DNA of 64,000 bases from an uncultured Christensenella sp. Its GTDB lineage: Bacteria; Bacillota; Clostridia; Christensenellales; UBA1750. The DNA lies in NCBI GenBank assembly GCA_905193155.1, contig CAJJNQ010000010.1:378-64377 (forward strand), written 5' to 3'. A program made the translations under genes and the position numbers. Under the pieces are notes generated by a model that saw only the letters and a program-made list of their open reading frames with translations, had not been told where the DNA came from and did no database searches. Positions within the stretch are counted from its first letter, which is position 1, and every line of letters begins with the position of its first letter. This document shows positions 53,272 through 61,476 of the stretch, one piece after another.

Positions 53272-53850
53272 ATGACTTTGCACTATGGCGGAAAATACAA
53301 CGGCGATGAAAAAAGTTTGCTGCAAAGAGAGCATCATCCCAATGCAGTTGCCTTTATAGAAGCTGCAAGCACAAAAGAACTGTCTTTAATATGTAATTGT
53401 GGCTGCATTTTACTGATGATTATATTAGCGGTGCCATTTGTGCTGCTCGGGAAAGAATATTTTCATGGTAATAGAATTTGTGTGATTTTAGCGGCAATAT
53501 GCGGGGGATTGTCACTATTTCCGCACGAGCTACTCCATGCAATATGTTATAAAGAAGATGTGTATTTGTATAACAATTTGAGGCAAGGGATGTTTTTTAT
53601 TATAGGGACGGAAGATATGAGCAAATCAAGATTTGTATTCGTGTGTTTATGTCCCAACATATTTTTAGGGCTAATCCCGTATTCTGTTTTTCTTTTCATT
53701 CCTCATGCGGTTTTTCTGGGGCTGTTCGGACTGATATGTATTGGAATGGGCTTTGGAGATTACATCAATACATACAATGCAATCAAACAAATGCCCAAAG
53801 GCGCGAAAACATATTTGAGCGGACTACATTCATATTGGTATTTAGGGTGA
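53272..53850 (+). CDS. multi-TM HExxH protein (DUF3267-like putative membrane zincin)
   Basis: PHELLHAICYK lies between hydrophobic segments, and four or more predicted TM helices are present. AT-rich codon usage. Confidence 0.65.
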   Translation: MTLHYGGKYNGDEKSLLQREHHPNAVAFIEAASTKELSLICNCGCILLMIILAVPFVLLGKEYFHGNRICVILAAICGGLSLFPHELLHAICYKEDVYLYNNLRQGMFFIIGTEDMSKSRFVFVCLCPNIFLGLIPYSVFLFIPHAVFLGLFGLICIGMGFGDYINTYNAIKQMPKGAKTYLSGLHSYWYLG

Positions 53851-53867
53851 AAACTTCCAGTTTGCCA

Positions 53868-54010
53868 GGCTAACAAACCCTCAAAAACGCAAGCGGCGGG
53901 ACGGGCTTTACCGTCCCGCCGCTCTGATTTTCAGCGGTCAAGGTCTTGCTTGTGTGTAGGCTGCGCGTTGCGGTTTTTCTCCCACAGGATCGCATAAACG
54001 CCCTTTCGTA
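53868..54010. repeat. copy B of the module, intact hairpin, contiguous with the truncated minus-strand gene
   Basis: See copy A. It contains a perfect 13-bp stem at 53892-53904 paired with 53911-53923. Confidence 0.6.
53892..53923. terminator. strong bidirectional terminator (between the HExxH gene and the minus-strand fragment)
   Basis: AGCGGCGGGACGG pairs with CCGTCCCGCCGCT around a 6-nt loop. It is flanked by an A-run and a T-run. Confidence 0.75.
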
Positions 54011-54308
54011 TCTGCTCCGCTTCCTTTACCTCGGCTTTTAGTGCGGCGCATCGATGGAACAGCTCCTTCCGCTCGGCGGTCAGCTTCAGGATTACTTCCT
54101 GATCGATAAGAAAACCGATGATCGTCTCTTTGAAAGAACGGATATGTTCCTGTGGTACGGAATCCGCGGGCAGGCGGAAAAAACTGTCCGCGAATCTGAG
54201 CACGCTGCGGGCGCATGGGGTATGGGGTATCCCTTTGCAGAAAAGGGACACGGCGGCCTTGCGGGAGAGCATCCGCAGCGATTTCTGGGAGAAGTGACGG
54301 CAGCACAC
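53931..54308 (-). pseudogene. 5'-truncated gene fragment; coiled-coil tail reminiscent of conjugative/mobilisation relaxase C-termini
   Basis: The frame has no credible start or RBS. It ends ..LKLTAERKELFHRCAALKAEVKEAEQIRKGVYAILWEKNRNAQPTHKQDLDR*. The family assignment rests on recollection only. Confidence 0.4.
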
Positions 54309-54345
54309 CGGAAAAGCTTAACAAAACAGAAAGCGTGAACTGCAT

Positions 54346-54396
54346 AAAAACAGAATAACGCCTCCGTCTGCATCTGAAATGTCGGCAGAAGGAGGC
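54346..54396 (-). terminator. terminator of degV
   Basis: GCCTCCGTCTGC (54360-54371) pairs with GCAGAAGGAGGC (54385-54396). T-rich sequence follows on the minus strand. Confidence 0.6.
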
Positions 54397-54431
54397 ATTG
54401 CTTTATTGTGTGAACCTTCTTTACAAGGGGA

Positions 54432-55310
54432 TTATTCCTCGCGTTCGCGCTCGGCGCCGAGGAAGACGACGGCCAGCGTGCCGGGACCTGCGTGAGCGCA
54501 GATGGTCGGGCCGACCTTCTCGATGCGGTATTGAACGCCGGGGATCGTCTCGGTCATGTAATCGACCAGCGCCTGCGCATCTTCCGGACAATCGGCCTGA
54601 AGAATGGAAACCACCTGTTTTTCGGGATCGATGATCTCTTCGGCCATGTTTTTGACCAGACGGCGGATGGCCCTGCGGCGCCCCTTTTCCTTATCGACCG
54701 AGATCAGCTTTCCGCCGCGGGTGACGGTGAGCATGGGCTTGATATTGAGCAGCGTGCCCACGGCGGCCGTCGCCGCGGAGATGCGCCCGCCGCGCTTCAG
54801 ATATTTGAGGTCGTCCACCGTGAACCAATAGCGGACGTTGTATTTATTGCCTTCCAGCCAGGCGATGGTTTCGTCCATGGTCTTGCCCTCGACGCGCTGC
54901 TTGGCTGCTTCCATCGCCAGATACGCTTCGCCCATCGAGACGTTGCGGGAGTTGACCACTTCCAGCCGCGCATTGGGATATTTTTCCGCAAGCTCGCGCT
55001 GGGCCAGCACGGCGTTGGCGTAAGTGCCGCTCAGCTCGGAAGAGAAGCAGATGAATAAAATATCCTCTCCGTCAGCCAGATACGGTTCAAAGTATTCAAT
55101 GTACTTTTCCTTCGTCAGCAGCGAGGTGGTGGGGGTCTTGCCGCCGCGCATCGCTGCGTAGAAGTTCGGAATCACATCGCCGCGCCCAAGGTCGGAGGCC
55201 TCGTCGCTGCCGTCGATGGAATAGGGCATATAAACGATCTTCAAATCATAGCGATCTACTTCCTGAAAAGGAATGTCGCTGTTGGAATCGGTAAAGAGGA
55301 TGTAGGACAT
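54432..55310 (-). CDS. DegV family fatty-acid-binding protein
   Basis: MSYILFTDSNSDIP.., ..SSELSGTY.. and a typical DegV length. RBS AGGAGGGG. The ORF-track start at 55343 is an extension. Confidence 0.88.
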   Translation of the reverse strand: MSYILFTDSNSDIPFQEVDRYDLKIVYMPYSIDGSDEASDLGRGDVIPNFYAAMRGGKTPTTSLLTKEKYIEYFEPYLADGEDILFICFSSELSGTYANAVLAQRELAEKYPNARLEVVNSRNVSMGEAYLAMEAAKQRVEGKTMDETIAWLEGNKYNVRYWFTVDDLKYLKRGGRISAATAAVGTLLNIKPMLTVTRGGKLISVDKEKGRRRAIRRLVKNMAEEIIDPEKQVVSILQADCPEDAQALVDYMTETIPGVQYRIEKVGPTICAHAGPGTLAVVFLGAEREREE

Positions 55311-55566
55311 ATTTTGTACCCCTCCTGTTTCATTTTCCTGCACAAAAAACGCTTTCTTTCACGCACCGCCGCCACAGCGGAACGAGGGAGCAATGGGGTT
55401 TATTTGTGTATTATTATTCCACAGAATGTTAGATTCGTCAATCGTTTGGTGAAAAAACGGTTGCCAAAGTCTGCTGCCGTCTTTTCATTCTGAACGCTGT
55501 GTGTTAAAATATAACATAGAATATTTCGGCGCAACGCCGGAATGAGAAAAGAAAAGGGGTAGTACA

Positions 55567-56451
55567 ATGGCTGAATTTTGGACGATTGGCTCCGACCGAC
55601 TGAAGATTCAGGTCGTCAAGCCCGGAAGTAAAATCTACGCAAGAACCCGTTTCAACTGGAACTGCTTTATCAACCGCATCACGCTCGACGGTGAGGTGGA
55701 ATTTGCCGAACCCGAACAGCGCGATCCCAGCCGCGTCACCAGCTACGGCGCAGGCGTTTGCTCCGAATATCAGCATTCCGAGGCCTATGAGTCCGCCCGC
55801 TTGGGTGAGGAATATCCCCGCTTGGGCAACGGCTATCTGCTCAAGACCGATGCGCCCTTCAATTTCATGGTGAACGAGCCTTGCCGCCCGTTCCCGACCA
55901 TCTGGGATGTCAAGGACGACAGCATCACCTTTACCACCGATATGGCACTGTGCCAGGGCTTTGCGGGACGCGAGGTTAAGACCGTCAAGGTCGAGGGCAA
56001 CCGTATGACCATCCACACCAAGCTGACCAACTACGGCAAGCGCACCATCGACGCGCAGGAATACAACCACAATTTCCTGTCCCTGAACGGCGAGCTGATT
56101 TCGCCCGATTATACCATGAGCGTGCCCGGATTTGAGAATCTGGAGGGCGGAAAATTCTTGGGCAATAATATCTACGGCGACGACAAGGAGCATTGCCTGC
56201 GCCTGCACCGACTGCCTACCGAACCCTACATGACCTTCCTGGATACCGTCAAGGAGGACTTTGATTCCTATTCCTATCGCCTGACCAGCAAGAATTCTAC
56301 CCATTCCATCACTGAGCAGGACGATTTTAAGCCTGCGCACGCTGTGGTTTGGGGCGTGGAACACTGCATGTGCTGCGAGGTATTCGTGCAGGTTCATGTC
56401 GAGCCCGGCCAGTCTCAGGAGTGGACCCGCACCTGGACGTTCGAAAACTAA
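55567..56451 (+). CDS. hypothetical protein (beta-rich; possibly a mutarotase-like fold)
   Basis: 294-aa ORF with a good RBS (AAAAGGGG) and host-like codon usage. I recognise no diagnostic motif. Confidence 0.7.
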   Translation: MAEFWTIGSDRLKIQVVKPGSKIYARTRFNWNCFINRITLDGEVEFAEPEQRDPSRVTSYGAGVCSEYQHSEAYESARLGEEYPRLGNGYLLKTDAPFNFMVNEPCRPFPTIWDVKDDSITFTTDMALCQGFAGREVKTVKVEGNRMTIHTKLTNYGKRTIDAQEYNHNFLSLNGELISPDYTMSVPGFENLEGGKFLGNNIYGDDKEHCLRLHRLPTEPYMTFLDTVKEDFDSYSYRLTSKNSTHSITEQDDFKPAHAVVWGVEHCMCCEVFVQVHVEPGQSQEWTRTWTFEN

Positions 56452-56486
56452 AAACATAAAAAGCTGAAAATCAGGAGGATGAGTTT

Positions 56487-57458
56487 ATGCCGCTGATTGA
56501 TATGCCTGTTGTCGAATTGGAACAATACATGGGTTCCAGCCCTCGTCCCGCCGATTTTGACGAATATTGGGACAAGGCACTCAAGGATCTGGACGAACAG
56601 GACTTGAACGTGGAGTTCATCCCTGCCAATTTCCAGACCGAGCGCGCTGAGTGCTTTGAGCTGTTCTTTACCGGCGTGGGCGGCTCCAGAGTTCACGCCA
56701 AATTCCTAAAGCCCCGTTATCTGGAAGGCAAGGCGCCCGCTGTGCTTCAGTTCCATGGCTACACCGGCGATTGCGGCGATTGGTCCAGCAAGCTGGGCTA
56801 TGCCGGAGAGGGCTTTGTCGTGGCGTCGCTCGACTGCCGCGGCCAGGGCGGTATCTCCGAAGACCTGACGGCTTACCGCGGCACGACTATGAACGGCATG
56901 ATCATCCGCGGCCTGGATGATCCCGATCCGGAAAAGCTGCATTACCGCAATGTGTTCCTCGATACCGTCGCGCTGGCGCGTATCGTGATGGATCTGCCCT
57001 ATGTCGATGAAACCAAGGTCGGCGCAATGGGCGGTTCGCAGGGCGGCGGCCTGACCATGGCCTGTATCAGCCTGGAGCCGCGCATCAACCGCGCCGCACC
57101 GGTCTATCCGTTCCTTTCGGACTATAAGCGCGTCTGGGACATGGATTTGGATCAGCGCGCCTATGAGGAGCTGCGTTCCTTCTTCCGCCACCATGACCCG
57201 CTGCACGTCCGCGAGGATGCGATCTTTGAAAAACTGGGGTATATCGACGTGAGCAATCTTGCCCCCAGAGTCAAGTCCAAGGTTATGATGGCCACGGGCC
57301 TGATGGACGAGGTCTGCCCGCCCTCTACGCAGTACGCGGCGTATAACCGGCTGAACTGCGAAAAGGAGCATATTCTCTATCCCGACTTCGGCCATGAATA
57401 CCTGCCGCAGTTCGACGACCTGACCTTCCGTTTCATGCTCGACATGAAGAACAAGTGA
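56487..57458 (+). CDS. acetyl xylan esterase / cephalosporin-C deacetylase (CE7)
   Basis: CRGQGG, GGSQGGGL (GxSQG nucleophile) and FGHEY near the C-terminus. Confidence 0.88.
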   Translation: MPLIDMPVVELEQYMGSSPRPADFDEYWDKALKDLDEQDLNVEFIPANFQTERAECFELFFTGVGGSRVHAKFLKPRYLEGKAPAVLQFHGYTGDCGDWSSKLGYAGEGFVVASLDCRGQGGISEDLTAYRGTTMNGMIIRGLDDPDPEKLHYRNVFLDTVALARIVMDLPYVDETKVGAMGGSQGGGLTMACISLEPRINRAAPVYPFLSDYKRVWDMDLDQRAYEELRSFFRHHDPLHVREDAIFEKLGYIDVSNLAPRVKSKVMMATGLMDEVCPPSTQYAAYNRLNCEKEHILYPDFGHEYLPQFDDLTFRFMLDMKNK

Positions 57459-57470
57459 GGAGGAGAGAAA

Positions 57471-58319
57471 ATGGCTGAATTCATACTAACCGGTTTTGGC
57501 GACGAGATCGACGCTTCGCTCGATCGTCAGATGGAGGTCATGGACGGTCTGGGCATCCATTTCATCGAAACCCGCGGCATTGACGGCAAAAACATCGCGG
57601 ATTATACGCCGGAAGAGGCTAGGGTGGTTCACACCCGTATGGCGGATCGCGGCTTCGGCGTGTCCGCGCTCGGTTCGCCTGTCGGCAAGATCGGCATTCA
57701 CGACGATTTTGCGCCGCACCTGGAAAACTTCAAGCGCCTGATCGAAGTAGCACACGCGATGCAGACGAAGTACATCCGCCTGTTTTCCTTCTTCATTCCG
57801 GAAAATGAAAACCCGGCGGAGCTGCGCGACGAGGTCATGGCGCGCATGAGCGCGCTGGTGGAGGCCAACCGCGGCAGCGGCGTGCAGCTGCTGCACGAGA
57901 ACGAGAAGTTCATCTACGGTGATACGCCGGAGCGCTGCCTCGACCTTCTCAAGACCTTTGCGGGTGACATCCTCTGCACCTACGATCCTTCCAACTTCGT
58001 GCAGTGCGGCGTGGATAACAAGGCAGCTTTTGAGATGCTCAAGCCCTATATTCACTATATGCACATCAAGGATTCGGTCTACTCCAAGGAGCACGCGGCG
58101 CTCGACCGCGGCTTTGACAAGGTGGCCGATACCCATCGTCCCGCGGGACAGGGTGACGGTCAGGTTAAGTGGATTCTTTCGCAGCTCAAGGCGGCGGATT
58201 TCCACGGCTTTGCTTCGATTGAGCCTCATCTTTCCAATAACGACAGCATCCCCGGTACCGGCGCGGACAAGTTCACCGTCGCGGTCAATGCTTTGAAGGA
58301 ATTGCTGGCGGAAATCTAA
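57471..58319 (+). CDS. sugar phosphate isomerase/epimerase (xylose-isomerase-like TIM barrel)
   Basis: 282 aa with LLHENE, HIKD and SIEPH motifs typical of the family. Confidence 0.8.
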   Translation: MAEFILTGFGDEIDASLDRQMEVMDGLGIHFIETRGIDGKNIADYTPEEARVVHTRMADRGFGVSALGSPVGKIGIHDDFAPHLENFKRLIEVAHAMQTKYIRLFSFFIPENENPAELRDEVMARMSALVEANRGSGVQLLHENEKFIYGDTPERCLDLLKTFAGDILCTYDPSNFVQCGVDNKAAFEMLKPYIHYMHIKDSVYSKEHAALDRGFDKVADTHRPAGQGDGQVKWILSQLKAADFHGFASIEPHLSNNDSIPGTGADKFTVAVNALKELLAEI

Positions 58320-58347
58320 GAAAGCTACACCCAGCAGGAGGATCGCT

Positions 58348-59082
58348 ATGCCCAGATACGGCGCTTACGATAAAAACGACAATCATACTTACGCAATCGG
58401 GGTGTTTCCCTCGATGGAGCTGCTGGCGGCGCGGCCGGAAAGCGTACGCTGCCTGCTGGTTTCGCCCGCAGGGTATCAAAACGCGGGGGTCAACAAGCTT
58501 ATCGAGGCCTGCCGCGGCATGAACGTGCCGGTGGAGGAAGCGCCCCGTGCGGTGGAGCGCATATCGGGCAAGGAGAACAGCTGGGTTGTGACGGTGCTGA
58601 ACAAGTACGCCTGCTCACTTGATCCTGTGGCGAACCATGTGGTGCTGCACAACCCTTCGGACGTAGGCAATGCCGGAACCATCCTGCGCAGCGCGCTGGG
58701 CTTCGGCTTCAAAAATGTTGCGATCATCCGTCCCGGTGTCGATCCTTTCGATCCGCGCGTGATCCGTGCGTCGATGGGCGCGGCGTTCCACCTGAATATC
58801 GTTCGCTACAATACCTTTGACGACTACCTTGCCGCGGCGGGCGCGAGGGAGTTCTATCTATTCCGCCTGCGCAATGCCGAAAAGCTGACCGATCAGGGGC
58901 AAAAGGCGCAAACGCCCTTTTCGCTCGTGTTCGGCAATGAAGCCTCCGGTCTGCCCAAGGAATTGGAGGACTTCGGAAACGGCGTCATCATCGCCCACAG
59001 CTACGAGATCGACAGCCTGAACCTCGCCGTGGCGGCGGGCATCGGCCTGCACGCCTTTTCGTCGAAAAACCTGGAACCCTGA
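58348..59082 (+). CDS. TrmH/SpoU family RNA 2'-O-methyltransferase
   Basis: NPSDVGNAGTILRSA, RASMGA and LVFGNEASGLP..IDSLNLAVAAGI motifs. Confidence 0.85.
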   Translation: MPRYGAYDKNDNHTYAIGVFPSMELLAARPESVRCLLVSPAGYQNAGVNKLIEACRGMNVPVEEAPRAVERISGKENSWVVTVLNKYACSLDPVANHVVLHNPSDVGNAGTILRSALGFGFKNVAIIRPGVDPFDPRVIRASMGAAFHLNIVRYNTFDDYLAAAGAREFYLFRLRNAEKLTDQGQKAQTPFSLVFGNEASGLPKELEDFGNGVIIAHSYEIDSLNLAVAAGIGLHAFSSKNLEP

Positions 59083-59114
59083 GTTGGACAGAACCTGAAA
59101 GAGGGGGAAGCGTT

Positions 59115-60119
59115 ATGAGTAAAATTCGCACCGCCGTCATCGGCTGCGGCGGCATTTCCCAGGTACATCTGACCGCGCTGAGCAAGATGGACAACGTGGA
59201 GCTCGTCTGCGTTGCCGATATCAAAGAGGATCGCGCCAAGGCCAGAGCGGAGGCCTTCGGGTGCGCCTACACAACTGATTGGAAGGAATTCATCACCCGT
59301 GACGATATTGACGTGGTGCACATCTGCACGCCACACTATCTGCATGCGCCAATGGCCATTGCGCTGCTCGATGCGGGCAAGCGTGTGCTGACCGAAAAGC
59401 CCATGGCCAGCGAGGTTGCCGACGCGGAGGAAATGATCCGTCATTCGGGCGGCCGCCTGGGCGTCGTGTTCCAGAATCGCTATAATGAAGCTTCACAGAT
59501 CATCCGCCAGTCGATTGCGGACGGGCGCTACGGAAAGCTGCTGGCGCTGCGCGCGGCTGTCAACTGGCACCGCACGCCGGAATACTACATCTCCAGCGGC
59601 TGGCGCGGAAAATTCGCTACCGAGGGCGGCGGCGTGCTGATCAATCAGGCGATCCATACGCTGGATCTGCTGTTGTACTTTGCGGGCAAGCCCGTCTCGG
59701 TGCGCGGCAAGGTGTCCACGGATGAGCTCTATGACACCATTGAGGTGGAGGACACGGCGCACGGCCTGATCCGCTTTGAAAACGGCCTGAAGGCGAATTT
59801 CTACTGCACCAATACCTTCGGGATCGACCGTCCGGTCGAGATTGAGCTGGTGTTTGAAAAGGCGATCCTCAAGACCGATGCGGAGACGCTCTATCTCAAC
59901 AAGGACGGCCGCATCACGACCCTGTGCACGTCGGCGGCGTCCGGCGCGAAGGCCTACTGGGGAACCGGCCATGAGATTCTGATTCGGGACTTCTATCGGG
60001 CAGTGGAGGAGAAACGTCCCTTCTGGATTGACGGTCAGTCCGCTTTGCCGGTGCTCAAGCTCCTCAAGGGCGTTTATCAGTCCTCCAAGGAGGATGGCCG
60101 CGAGGTCAGCCTTCTCTGA
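59115..60119 (+). CDS. Gfo/Idh/MocA family oxidoreductase
   Basis: Rossmann N-terminus IRTAVIGCGGIS and EKPMA motif. Confidence 0.88.
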   Translation: MSKIRTAVIGCGGISQVHLTALSKMDNVELVCVADIKEDRAKARAEAFGCAYTTDWKEFITRDDIDVVHICTPHYLHAPMAIALLDAGKRVLTEKPMASEVADAEEMIRHSGGRLGVVFQNRYNEASQIIRQSIADGRYGKLLALRAAVNWHRTPEYYISSGWRGKFATEGGGVLINQAIHTLDLLLYFAGKPVSVRGKVSTDELYDTIEVEDTAHGLIRFENGLKANFYCTNTFGIDRPVEIELVFEKAILKTDAETLYLNKDGRITTLCTSAASGAKAYWGTGHEILIRDFYRAVEEKRPFWIDGQSALPVLKLLKGVYQSSKEDGREVSLL

Positions 60120-60141
60120 CAAAAAAAGGAGATCGTTTCAC

Positions 60142-61314
60142 ATGAAGGATTTTAACTATTGCGCGCCCACGCGCGTGATCTTTGGCAAGAACACTGAGCT
60201 GGAAGTGGGCAAGACGCTCAAAAACGCAGGCGCGACCCGTGTGTTGATGCAGTATGGCGGCGGCTCCATCAAAAAGAGCGGCCTGTATGACCGTGTGGTC
60301 AAGGCGATCCGCGACGAGGGCATCGAACTGTTCGAACTGGGCGGTGTGCAGCCCAATCCGCACCTGAGCCTGGTGCGCAAGGCGATAGAGATTGTCCGCG
60401 AGCAGAAGATCGACTATCTGCTGGCGGTGGGCGGCGGCTCTGCCATTGATTCGACCAAGGCAACGGCCGTGGGTGCGGTGTACGACGGCGATGTTTGGGA
60501 TTTCTACTGCGGCAAGGCAGTGCCGAAAAAGGCCATGCCCGTGGGCGTGGTGCTGACCATCCCCGCTGCGGGTTCCGAGGGCAGCAATTCCTCCGTCATC
60601 ACCAATGAGGACGGCTGGATCAAGCGCGGCCTGGGCTGCGACTTGACCCGCCCGGCGTTTGCCATCTACAACCCGGAACTGACGTATTCCCTGCCGGCCT
60701 ATCAGACTGCGGCGGGCGCAACCGATATCATGGCGCACATCATGGAGCGCTATTTCACCAATGAACCCGATGTGGATATGACCGACCGCCTGTGCGAAAG
60801 TGTACTCAAGACCATCATCCGTCAGGCGCCGGTCGCGATGAAGGAACCCGATAATTACGTTGCTCGTGCTGAGATGATGTGGGCTTCCACAGTGGCGCAC
60901 AACGATTTCCTCTCCTGCTTCCGCGTGGGCGATTGGTCCAGCCATCAGCTTTCTCATGAGCTGAGCGGCATGTATGACGCGACCCACGGCGCGGCGCTGG
61001 CGGTGGCATTCCCCGCGTGGATGACCTATGTCTACAAGCACGATGTGCAGCGCTTCTGCCGCTTTGCGGTGGAGGTCATGGGGGTGGAGATGGATTTCTT
61101 CCATCCCGAAGAGACGGCGCTCAAGGGGATTGCGGCGCTGCGCGCGTTCTTCAAGTCCATCGGGATGCCCACGACGCTCTCTGAGCTGGGTGTGCCGGAG
61201 GATAAGCTGGACGTGCTGGCGGACAAGGTCAAGCGCGGCGCAGACGGCACCACCGGCCAGTTCGTCAAGCTCACCCGCGACGACTGCCTGAAGATCTATC
61301 AGCTGATGCGCTGA
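60142..61314 (+). CDS. iron-containing (group III) alcohol dehydrogenase, butanol-dehydrogenase/YqhD-like
   Basis: MKDFNYCAPTRVIFG, GGGSAIDSTKA and HxxxH region HQLSHELSGMYDATHG. RBS AAGGAG. The ORF-track start at 60028 is an extension. Confidence 0.9.
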   Translation: MKDFNYCAPTRVIFGKNTELEVGKTLKNAGATRVLMQYGGGSIKKSGLYDRVVKAIRDEGIELFELGGVQPNPHLSLVRKAIEIVREQKIDYLLAVGGGSAIDSTKATAVGAVYDGDVWDFYCGKAVPKKAMPVGVVLTIPAAGSEGSNSSVITNEDGWIKRGLGCDLTRPAFAIYNPELTYSLPAYQTAAGATDIMAHIMERYFTNEPDVDMTDRLCESVLKTIIRQAPVAMKEPDNYVARAEMMWASTVAHNDFLSCFRVGDWSSHQLSHELSGMYDATHGAALAVAFPAWMTYVYKHDVQRFCRFAVEVMGVEMDFFHPEETALKGIAALRAFFKSIGMPTTLSELGVPEDKLDVLADKVKRGADGTTGQFVKLTRDDCLKIYQLMR

Positions 61315-61325
61315 TTTTCTACATG

Positions 61326-61366
61326 AAAAAAACGAGCGGTTCTGCAAGTCGGAGCCGCTCGTTTTT
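61326..61366 (+). terminator. intrinsic terminator
   Basis: AACGAGCGG (61331-61339) pairs with CCGCTCGTT (61355-61363), with A-run and T-run extensions. Confidence 0.8.
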
Positions 61367-61411
61367 CATGCGGAAAATGATTGCTGAGTTGTATAGATTT
61401 CCTCGCCGCTC

Positions 61412-61439
61412 TTTACAAAAAAGGATTCTCTGGTAAAAT
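61412..61439 (+). promoter_or_regulatory. sigma-A promoter for the PG-binding protein gene
   Basis: TTTACA at 61412-61417, 16-nt spacer ending in TGg, TAAAAT at 61434-61439. Confidence 0.5.
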
Positions 61440-61476
61440 AGAAATGTAGGAACTTGTTTATGGGAGTGACAGCATT

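Larger units (their letters stand above)
51975..54345. mobile_element. probable decayed integrated-element remnant next to tRNA-Arg (no integrase left)
   Basis: The tRNA-proximal position; an abrupt AT-rich block from about 52560 to 53900; broken genes; duplicated modules of gene tail plus terminator; a truncated minus-strand gene. Confidence 0.4.

Noticed and set aside
53045-54010. The repeated modules read as integron attC sites, each following a cassette ORF.
   Set aside because: No integron integrase or attI is nearby. There are no recognisable R''/R' core sites (RYYYAAC/GTTRRRY). Copy B is clearly the terminator and coding tail of a conventional gene.
54398-54634. A 78-aa +-strand ORF, and other short ORFs antisense to degV.
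   Set aside because: It is Arg-rich antisense translation of a well-supported gene. It has no SD.
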